A DNA stretch of 54,939 bases from Treponemataceae bacterium (GTDB lineage: Bacteria > Spirochaetota > Spirochaetia > Treponematales > Treponemataceae). The translations under genes and the position numbers were made by a program. Below the pieces are notes generated by a model that did no database searches, was not told where the DNA came from, and saw only the letters and a list, made by a program, of their open reading frames with translations. Positions 47,305 to 54,939 of the stretch are shown here, piece by piece (within the stretch, counting starts at the first letter, position 1; each line of letters begins with the position of its first letter). The stretch lies in NCBI GenBank assembly GCA_963649315.1, contig CAVJHV010000002.1, forward strand, positions 20,719 to 75,657, in the 5' to 3' direction.

Positions 47305-48294
47305 TTAAAAATCCAAAAGACCATCCTGCTTTAAAAATTCAAAAACGGAATTTTCGCCCAAAAAGTGGGCGCTGCCTGCAAAGACGAATGTTGTTCCGCC
47401 TTCATCAAGAAGTTTTTTGAAAGTTTTAGTCCAGTTTTTGTTGCGTTTAACAATTAATTCTTCGAAATATTTTTCTTCGTATTCGTTAGAAAGTTCTCCG
47501 TTGTCATCGTCAAAACTTTTTTCCAAAGATTCCCTGTCATCAGCCAGGTAGTATCCGTACATTTCATACAGAGAGTTAAGCGTTTCTGCGAAAGGATATT
47601 CGCTTAAAGATTTTTTCAACATGTAAAGCTGGCAGTTGTAGTCGCCAAAGCGCAAAACGTCCAGCTGAGTTTTTAATGTATCAAGGCCCTGTGTCTTTCT
47701 GCCCATAGAAATGTTTTCATTTTCAAAATACAAATCAACAGAAGCATTTGAATCAAGTCCACTTGCAAAGTAAATTGCAGAAGTCAAAATATTTTCTATT
47801 ACCCAAGGTTCAAAAGCAAGGTATTGCTCCATGCCTTCTTCCGTAAAAAGCTGCTTTAGAATTTCAACTTCTTCGTCTGTCAGATAATCATAAAGATTTC
47901 TGCCTTCCTTGTAAGAGTCCATGACATACTGTGTTGTCATGGCTTCAAGGCGACCGTAATCATCTGTAGAAATTTCTCCGTAAACGCGGTCTGCATTTTT
48001 AAAAGCATTCATTACCTGGTCAGGATAAGGATTTAATTTTTCGTTCCCAATGTGGATTGTTCCCTGAACATAAATGGTTGAAGGTTTGCCTTTTTTGTCC
48101 GTTCCGTCAATTCTCCAGAAAAAGCGGCTGTTTTCTTCGCTCAATTTTGCCTTTTTTACCTTTGATGTTTTTTCACTTTTTACAGCCTGTGAGTCTTCTG
48201 CCACTTTGGAAGAGGATGCGCAGGAGGTAAAAGCAAGGGCTAGAATTGCAAAAGCAAAAATTGAAATTTTTTTCAAAAGATTTTTTTTCTTCAT
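47305..48294 (-). CDS. TraB/GumN-family lipoprotein
   Basis: Lipobox FTSC; FFWRI...YVQGTIH, RNKNW, FVFAGSAHFLG. Confidence 0.88.
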   Translation of the reverse strand: MKKKNLLKKISIFAFAILALAFTSCASSSKVAEDSQAVKSEKTSKVKKAKLSEENSRFFWRIDGTDKKGKPSTIYVQGTIHIGNEKLNPYPDQVMNAFKNADRVYGEISTDDYGRLEAMTTQYVMDSYKEGRNLYDYLTDEEVEILKQLFTEEGMEQYLAFEPWVIENILTSAIYFASGLDSNASVDLYFENENISMGRKTQGLDTLKTQLDVLRFGDYNCQLYMLKKSLSEYPFAETLNSLYEMYGYYLADDRESLEKSFDDDNGELSNEYEEKYFEELIVKRNKNWTKTFKKLLDEGGTTFVFAGSAHFLGENSVFEFLKQDGLLDF

Positions 48295-48390
48295 ATGAAT
48301 AGTCTCCTTGGGACTAGTCTAAAATTCTTCAGAAAAGAATAACATCTTTTTCTTTTCTTTAACAGTGTTTTTTTCTATAATATAGAGTGT

Positions 48391-49425
48391 ATGGAAAAGA
48401 AAAAATTAAATCCGCATAATTCAACAAAAGAAATTCAGGAAAGAATTTCTAAAGAAATAGAAGACCGCCACAAAAAAGAAAGGTGCATAATTGAAAAAAA
48501 TAATGCCCAGTTTTACAGCTTTTTGTCTTCCATAGGATTTTTAACTCCGGAAAAAATTGAAAAGCATAACCAGATTGTTTCTGACTTTTACGACAGGCAT
48601 TTAAGTTTACGAAAGGAATCTTCAAAGGGTAAATCTTTTTTGGAACTGCCTTTCGAAAAAATCTTAAAAAAGCGCTACAAAAACGATGTAGAAAATCAGG
48701 CCCGCCTTATGAATTTTATGGCCCGCGTCAGAAATGATGCCGGCGTCCTGATGGTAGAAGATGAAAAATTTGCTTCCCTATTTATTGAAAAAAATAAATT
48801 TGATGCGACAATTCTTTCTGTGGACATAAGGCGGTCAACTGAACTCATGCTGAAATGTCAAAGCCCTGAAATTTATTCTGAGTTCATAACGCATTTGCTT
48901 GAAGGGCTTGCTTCTTCCGTAAAAGACTATTATGGAATTTATGACAAATTTACCGGGGATGGGTTTCTTGCCTTCTTTCCGGATTTTTTTAGTGGCAGGG
49001 AAGGGCTTTTAAATGCAATTCTTTGTTCAATTGACTGTCAGCGGATTTTTGAAGAAGTCTTTGGCGAATACAAAAAATATTTTGACTTAAGCAATGTAAA
49101 AACAGGTTTAGGTTCCGGCATTGATTTTGGCAACGTTTACAAGGCTGCTTCACAAATGGAATATTCTGTAATCGGTAAGGCTGTTGTTTACGCATGCCGC
49201 TTTTCTTCATGCCCGGCCGGCCGCATTTATTTAACAGAAAACGCCTTTAACAAATTTTCCCTGCTGGAAAGAAATGAATTTGAAATCTGCAAAAGTCAAA
49301 TTGACATAAAACACGAAGAACCACAGACGGCTTATGACATTTTCTTAAAGAAAGGATTTGCTTTTGAAAATGTAAAAGCCTGCCTGCCTGACTGGAAACT
49401 TGCACTTGAAAAAAATAAATCTTAA
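48391..49425 (+). CDS. Soluble class III nucleotide cyclase-domain protein (atypical)
   Basis: LSVDIRRST, DKFTGDGFLAFF, GLGSGIDFG, YSVIGKAVVYACR. Confidence 0.8.
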   Translation: MEKKKLNPHNSTKEIQERISKEIEDRHKKERCIIEKNNAQFYSFLSSIGFLTPEKIEKHNQIVSDFYDRHLSLRKESSKGKSFLELPFEKILKKRYKNDVENQARLMNFMARVRNDAGVLMVEDEKFASLFIEKNKFDATILSVDIRRSTELMLKCQSPEIYSEFITHLLEGLASSVKDYYGIYDKFTGDGFLAFFPDFFSGREGLLNAILCSIDCQRIFEEVFGEYKKYFDLSNVKTGLGSGIDFGNVYKAASQMEYSVIGKAVVYACRFSSCPAGRIYLTENAFNKFSLLERNEFEICKSQIDIKHEEPQTAYDIFLKKGFAFENVKACLPDWKLALEKNKS

Positions 49426-49435
49426 GGGGGCCATC

Positions 49436-50587
49436 TTGAAGATAAAAAAATTAAACTTAAAAAGAATTTTTCTTTTTACTTTTGCAATTTTTGTAAACAT
49501 TAATTTTTTCGCAAAAGAATTGCGTCTGCCGCAAAAGAATTCTACTTTTACAAAAGAAGCTGCCCTTTCCCTTTTGGAAGTGTCCACTGGTCACACAGAA
49601 AAAAATACGGCTGCTATTTTGTCTTCTTACGGTTTTAAAATTCTTAAACAAAAAAATTATGAAAATTCTTCAAATCAAATAAAACATTCGGCAGCCTATT
49701 CACTTGCGAAGGGCAGCATTCAAATAGAAGAAAAAAAATCTTCTGCCTACATTTTGATTGTCCGCGGCACAGACGGAAACGAATGGTATTCTAATTTTGA
49801 CTTTGCTCCTTCTGCAAATGATGATACTCATTTTGCTGCAAACTTTTTGTTTTGCGCAGAAGAAATTTTTCTTGATGTAAAAAATATTATCTCAGATAAA
49901 AATGCAAAAATCATTTTGGCAGGTCACAGCCGGGGCGGGGCGGTTGTAAATCTCCTGGCCCTGCTTTTAAACGAATACTACAATCCAAAAAATATTTATG
50001 CTTACACTTTTGCAAGTCCCGCGACAATAAAAAATATTTCTTCCCTTGTGGATTACAATATTTTTAATTTTATAAATCCCACTGACCTGGTGCCAAAAAT
50101 GCCACTGGCTGCCTGGGGATTTTTTCGGGCCGGGAAAGATATAATTCTTGACAGTCAGAGCGAAAATTTTTCTGCAGAAAAAATGGACATGGCACTTTCC
50201 TGTGTCTGGGATTTAGCACCTTCACTTTCTTCTTATTACAATGACCGCCATTCCTTTACTTCAAAATCTTTGAGCGAAGATGGAATGACATGCTACGAAC
50301 TGGTCATGGCTTTTTCAACGCAGCTTTCAAAACTTTCTTCAAATGATTCTTCTGGATTTTTTTCGGACGGCCTTGAAGAAAAGTTTCTGAAATCTTTTTC
50401 AAGTGAAAAATCCGCAAAAGAAAATTCTTCAGCTGATTTTTCTTTTCCCCAAATTGAATTGAATTCGGATTTTGCAAAAATATTTTCTTATTTTTCTTTG
50501 CTGGCAAAGGATGGAGGTCAGGAGGCTAAAAAACTGCTGGCGGAACACATGCCTGCAACTTACAGGAAAAAGATTTTGCGGATGTGA
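49436..50587 (+). CDS. Class 3 lipase-family alpha/beta hydrolase
   Basis: VRGT, GHSRGG nucleophile elbow, YTFASP, DLVP, C-terminal His; probable TTG start with SD AGGGGG and a signal-like N-terminus. Confidence 0.85.
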   Translation: MKIKKLNLKRIFLFTFAIFVNINFFAKELRLPQKNSTFTKEAALSLLEVSTGHTEKNTAAILSSYGFKILKQKNYENSSNQIKHSAAYSLAKGSIQIEEKKSSAYILIVRGTDGNEWYSNFDFAPSANDDTHFAANFLFCAEEIFLDVKNIISDKNAKIILAGHSRGGAVVNLLALLLNEYYNPKNIYAYTFASPATIKNISSLVDYNIFNFINPTDLVPKMPLAAWGFFRAGKDIILDSQSENFSAEKMDMALSCVWDLAPSLSSYYNDRHSFTSKSLSEDGMTCYELVMAFSTQLSKLSSNDSSGFFSDGLEEKFLKSFSSEKSAKENSSADFSFPQIELNSDFAKIFSYFSLLAKDGGQEAKKLLAEHMPATYRKKILRM

Positions 50588-50597
50588 GGCGGGGGGC

Positions 50598-50684
50598 TTT
50601 ACGAAATGCGTGGATGTTTGGGAAAGCGGTGCCGGTTTACGAAAGCGGTGACGGTTTACGAAATGCGATGTTAGTTTACAAAAT
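50598..50684 (+). repeat. 19-bp tandem array (4 units plus terminal TTTACAAAAT)
   Basis: TTTACGAAAGCGGTGACGG-type units. Confidence 0.85.
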
Positions 50685-50713
50685 ATCTATCCATCACAAT
50701 AAAGGAGGAAAAA

Positions 50714-51415
50714 ATGCCATACATAAAATTCAGTGATGTTTATAAAATTTACAAAAGCGGCAGCCATGAAATCCGTGCTCTGGACGGAATGTCTTTTGAA
50801 ATCGAAAAGGGGGAATTCTGTGTAATAGTTGGCCCTTCCGGTGCTGGAAAAAGTACCCTTCTGAACATTTTGGGGGGCATGGACAGCGTTAGCTCCGGCT
50901 CAGTAATTTTTGATGGAAAGGAAATTGGAAATCTTTCTGCCAGAGAATTAACCGATCACAGAAGAAATTGCGTCGGCTTTGTTTTCCAGTCATACAATTT
51001 GGTTCAAAATTTAACCGCAAAGGAAAACATAGAACTGGCCCTTGAACTTTGCAAAGACTCACTTGACCCCATGACATCATTAGAAGAAGTCGGTTTAAAA
51101 GACCGTGCAGACAATTTTCCTTCCCAGCTTTCCGGCGGGGAACAGCAGCGTGTTTCCATAGCAAGGGCTCTTGCAAAAAATCCGGAACTTATTTTGTGCG
51201 ATGAACCGACCGGCGCCCTTGACACAAACACCGGAACCGCAGTTTTAAAAGTGCTTTGGGATACATGCAAAAAAAATAATAAAACAGTCGTTGTCATTAC
51301 CCACAATAATGCAATCACAAAAATGGCAGACAGAATCATTCAAATAAAAAATGGAAAAGCCGTAAGTACGGAACTTTGTAAAAATCCGCTAAGGGCTGAC
51401 CAGATTGAATGGTAA
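50714..51415 (+). CDS. ABC ATPase (LolD/MacB type)
   Basis: [33 protein letters not shown]. Confidence 0.93.
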   Translation: MPYIKFSDVYKIYKSGSHEIRALDGMSFEIEKGEFCVIVGPSGAGKSTLLNILGGMDSVSSGSVIFDGKEIGNLSARELTDHRRNCVGFVFQSYNLVQNLTAKENIELALELCKDSLDPMTSLEEVGLKDRADNFPSQLSGGEQQRVSIARALAKNPELILCDEPTGALDTNTGTAVLKVLWDTCKKNNKTVVVITHNNAITKMADRIIQIKNGKAVSTELCKNPLRADQIEW

Positions 51416-51433
51416 TTTTTTTAGGAAGGTAAA

Positions 51434-54181
51434 ATGAAAATTAAGGCGAGCAAAAAAAATCTTTTCAGGACAATAAAATCTTCTTTCAACCGCTTTTGTG
51501 CAATTCTTGCCATTGTTGCTTTAGGGGCTGGATTTTTGGGCGGACTGATGGCCACAAGTCCGGATATGAAAAATTTTGCTGACTCCTACATGGACAAATA
51601 CAAACTTTACGATCTTGACCTTGTTAACCAGCTGGGCTTTAATCAGGAAGAAATTCAAAGTCTGGAGAAAATAAATGACATTGAAGACATTCAAAAAGCC
51701 ATTGTTGCAGATGATGTTTTTTTAACTCAGCAAAGAAAAAGACTTACAGTCCGCCTTTTTGGAATCCTCCCCAAAGATAAAGATTTAAAAATAAACTGTT
51801 TTGAATTAAAGGAAGGCACTTACCCTGCCTCTAGCGATGAATGTCTTGTTCAACTGGTCAGCCTTTACAGTGCCTCTGCCCCAAAAGTTGGTGACTACCT
51901 TACAGTCCTTGAAGGTAGCGGCGAAAATTATATAAGCAAAAAAGTAAAAGTTTCAGGCATTGTGCAAAGCCCGGTATTTTTTTCCGCAGAATTAGAACCT
52001 TCCCTGAAAGGTTCAGGCTCACTTGAATTAGCCCTTTATCTGTATCCTGATTTTTTTATAAATGATTCTGTCAATCACCTTTACGTCACCATAAAAAATG
52101 CCAGAAAACTTGACACGTGGAGCGGTGAATACAAGGCACTTGTAGAAAATACAAAAGAAAAAATTTCTTCTTCAATAGAAAATCAAATTTTTTCAAGACT
52201 GGATTCCATTTATCAAATGACAGACAGCCTGGCCCTTGCATTCCAAAAAGCCGCCGCTGCTGACAATTCACTTTTAAAAAACGAACTTGAAGCAGCGGAA
52301 AATCATAAAAAGATAATTTCTTTGCTGTCGCCATCATCTTTTTCGCAGAAATCAAATTCACAAAAATCCTTGGAAAATAATATTTCATTTTTACAGGCCT
52401 TAGAGGCAGACCAGGAAATAATTTTTTCGCCAAAAGAAAACCGCACATCATATTCGAAGGCAAGTCAATCAATAAAAAATCTTTTGGAAACTTTAAACTC
52501 TTACAGGCAGAATATTTTTTCTGTCCAGGATCGCAGTCAGAGTACAGGCTATTCAAGTTACAAAGACAATATTGAAAAAATAGAATCTCTTGCAAAAGTA
52601 TTCCCGGCATTTTTCTTTTTCATTGCCCTGCTGGTTGCCCTTACCACAATGACCCGCCTTGTAGAAGAAAAGCGAAATGAAATCGGTACATTAAAATCTT
52701 TAGGATTTTCAAGCGCTCAAATTTTATCCCAGTACATTTTTTATGCCTTCCTTTCAAGCGCCTTAGGTTGTGCCATAGGTCTTGCCATAGGATTTAAACT
52801 TTTCCCTGCAGCAGTCTCCCTTTCCTACAGCATGATGTACACCGTTCCCTTAGGAAACCGTCCCTTTATCTGGTCCATCGCCATACCAGTTTCTTTAATT
52901 GCCATTTGCGTAATTTTATTTGCCACAGCATGTGCCTGTCTTTCAGAATGTACCGCCCGCCCTGCAGCCTTACTATCTGCAAAAGCCCCCCTGCCTGGAA
53001 AAAGAATTTTTCTTGAATACATAAAACCCATCTGGAAGCGATTAAGTTTTTCACGCAAGGTAACAGCCAGAAACATGTTCCGCTATAAAAAAAGACTTTT
53101 CATGACCATAGCAGGCATTGCCGGCTGTTCAGCCCTTTTAGTCGCAGCCTTTGGCCTTCGCGATTCCCTTCAGGACATAATCACAATTCAATTTGATGAC
53201 CTGGCAGTCTTTAACGTTTCGCTGATGGTCAATGATGAAAAAGCATTTGAAAAAGATTCCATTGTAAAAAATATTTTAAATGACAAAAGTACAGTTTCCT
53301 CTTACCTAAAAGTTGCCAGTGAAAACGTAAATGTTTCCTATAAAGGCAAGTCTTTAAATATGCAGCTTTACGTACCAGAAGACCAAGACCGCATTAACAC
53401 TTTTATGAACCTTCGGACGCGCAGGGGCCACAAAAATATTCCTCTCACAGAAGACGGCATTGTCATGACAGAAAAGCAGTGCGAAATTCTTGGAGTCAAA
53501 GCAGGTGACTTCCTTACCATAGAAAATTCTGACGGCATAAAAAAAGAAGTATTACTTTCTGCTGCAAACGAATGTTACATGTACGCAAACGTCTACGCCA
53601 CAAAAGAACTTTACAAAAATCTTTTTGGAAAAGAGCCAGCCTACAAAGCAGCCCTTGTAAATTTCACAAAAGAAAAAAATAATCAGCAAAGCGTTTCAAA
53701 CCTCATGGAATCGTCCAGCGTCATTTACGCCATGTGGATAGACAGTTTAGTTGCAAGCGCCCACAAATCCATTTCTGCCATCAACATAGTAGTTTTTGTA
53801 ATCATCATAACATCCCTCCTCCTGTCTATAATCGTTTTGTACAACCTGGCAAACATAAACATCTGTGAACGCAAAAGAGAAATCGCCACACTTTTAGTTT
53901 TAGGTTACAGCGAAAAAGAAGCAAGAAAATACATCTTCCGCGAAATAAATATTCTTTCCGTCTTGGGCAGCCTCTTAGGTTTGCTTTTCGGTGGTCCCCT
54001 TCACGCCATCGTCGTCCACGCAACCGAAGTCAATGTCATCATGTGGGGCCGCAGCGTTCACCCCTTCAGTTACCTGGCCGCATTTTTGCTTTCCCTTCTC
54101 TTCACATTTTTCGTCAATCTCATCATGAAAAAATCCATCACAAAAATCAGTATGGTCGAATCCTTAAAATCCCGCGACTGA
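51434..54181 (+). CDS. FtsX-like ABC permease (two FtsX domains)
   Basis: TTMTRLVEEKRNEIGTLKSLG and NICERKREIATL.VLG; large extracytoplasmic loops. Confidence 0.9.
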   Translation: MKIKASKKNLFRTIKSSFNRFCAILAIVALGAGFLGGLMATSPDMKNFADSYMDKYKLYDLDLVNQLGFNQEEIQSLEKINDIEDIQKAIVADDVFLTQQRKRLTVRLFGILPKDKDLKINCFELKEGTYPASSDECLVQLVSLYSASAPKVGDYLTVLEGSGENYISKKVKVSGIVQSPVFFSAELEPSLKGSGSLELALYLYPDFFINDSVNHLYVTIKNARKLDTWSGEYKALVENTKEKISSSIENQIFSRLDSIYQMTDSLALAFQKAAAADNSLLKNELEAAENHKKIISLLSPSSFSQKSNSQKSLENNISFLQALEADQEIIFSPKENRTSYSKASQSIKNLLETLNSYRQNIFSVQDRSQSTGYSSYKDNIEKIESLAKVFPAFFFFIALLVALTTMTRLVEEKRNEIGTLKSLGFSSAQILSQYIFYAFLSSALGCAIGLAIGFKLFPAAVSLSYSMMYTVPLGNRPFIWSIAIPVSLIAICVILFATACACLSECTARPAALLSAKAPLPGKRIFLEYIKPIWKRLSFSRKVTARNMFRYKKRLFMTIAGIAGCSALLVAAFGLRDSLQDIITIQFDDLAVFNVSLMVNDEKAFEKDSIVKNILNDKSTVSSYLKVASENVNVSYKGKSLNMQLYVPEDQDRINTFMNLRTRRGHKNIPLTEDGIVMTEKQCEILGVKAGDFLTIENSDGIKKEVLLSAANECYMYANVYATKELYKNLFGKEPAYKAALVNFTKEKNNQQSVSNLMESSSVIYAMWIDSLVASAHKSISAINIVVFVIIITSLLLSIIVLYNLANINICERKREIATLLVLGYSEKEARKYIFREINILSVLGSLLGLLFGGPLHAIVVHATEVNVIMWGRSVHPFSYLAAFLLSLLFTFFVNLIMKKSITKISMVESLKSRD

Positions 54182-54192
54182 TTTTTACTTTT

Positions 54193-54329
54193 TTTTGAAG
54201 CATACCGCCTTTTGTCAAACGGCCCTTTCAGCCTTCGCTACGCTCATCACCCGCGACTGTGTCACGGGTGACAGGGGGCTTCCACGGCCGGCTAGGCGTA
54301 TTTTGAAAACTGAAAAAGGATTTCGTAAA
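54193..54329 (+). repeat. Family A copy A9 with attached motifs
   Basis: Close match to A1; followed by TTTTGAAAA (54301) and TTTCGTAAA (54321). Confidence 0.85.
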
Positions 54330-54359
54330 ATAAAAATAAAGAAAAGTGGGGCTGCTTTA

Positions 54360-54939
54360 AAATTCGCTTGAATGCGCTCCCGCGGAGAACCTAAAAAGTG
54401 CTCCGGTGGAGCAAGCTCCAATGTCGCACTTTTTAGAACCTCCGCTCCGCGCATTCAAGCATGATTTTAAAATAGACTTTACTGTTCGTGTTACGAAAGG
54501 AATTTGTCTTTTTCAAAATCCGACGCGAAAGAGGGGGCATTTTGAATAGAAAAATTGATTTGAAATTCGCTTGAATGCGCTCCCGCGGAGAACCTAAAAA
54601 GTGCTCCGGTGGAGCAAGCTCCAATGTCGCACTTTTTAGAACCTCCGCTCCGCGCATTCAAGCATGATTTTAAAATAGACTTTACTGTTCGTGTTACGAA
54701 AGGAATTTGTCTTTTTCAAAATCCGACGCGAAAGAGGGGGCATTTTGAATAGAAAAATTGATTTGAAATTCGCTTGAATGCGCTCCCGCGGAGAACCTAA
54801 AAAGTGCTCCGGTGGAGCAAGCTCCAATGTCGCACTTTTTAGAACCTCCGCTCCGCGCATTCAAGCATGATTTTAAAATAGACTTTACTGTTCGTGTTAC
54901 GAAAGGAATTTGTCTTTTTCAAAATCCGACGCGAAAGAG
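54360..54939. repeat. 203-bp tandem array of long-hairpin units (2 full copies plus 1 cut by the window end)
   Basis: Units start at 54360, 54563 and 54766 and appear identical; each has a 95-bp imperfect inverted repeat. Confidence 0.95.

Noticed and set aside
54215..54860. Three repeated 74-79-aa minus-strand ORFs
   Set aside because: They simply follow the 203-bp DNA repeat and its palindrome, with no convincing SD or protein features

Overview
A 54.9-kb, AT-rich chromosomal segment from a Treponema-like spirochete. The assignment rests on spirochete-type lipoprotein signals, a short AlaRS, a stand-alone groES, and the gene orders alaS-SurA-like-nusB-TPR-groES-sigma and rplM-rpsI-recX. 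Coding content is mostly housekeeping and metabolic: a maltodextrin ABC/LacI/malQ cluster, alaS, nusB, groES, a sigma70-family factor, recG, yggT, dnaE, two Na+/solute symporters, potABCD, rplM-rpsI-recX, a GH94 phosphorylase and an FtsX-type ABC pair. There are three nucleotide second-messenger enzymes. I saw no transposase, integrase, reverse transcriptase, cas gene, tRNA or rRNA. The most interesting signals are non-coding. (1) A consensus sigma54 -24/-12 promoter with upstream 7-3-7 palindromes precedes the alternative sigma factor, suggesting an RpoN-to-sigma cascade. (2) Many intergenic regions carry a modular repeat system. It comprises about 9 GC-rich structured elements with fixed ends and variable interiors (family A), attached or free-standing 19-bp-period TTTACGAAA/TTTTCAAAA arrays, a 36-bp palindromic MITE-like unit with 4-bp target duplications (family B, once nested in family A), an inverted pair of ~140-bp elements (family C), and a 203-bp hairpin tandem array at the window end. 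Other candidates are a periplasmic propeller/Y_Y_Y sensor fused to an adenylate cyclase, an atypical cyclase-lipase gene pair, and an FGE/CLec domain fused to a putative beta-barrel. All calls are by eye, without database searches.
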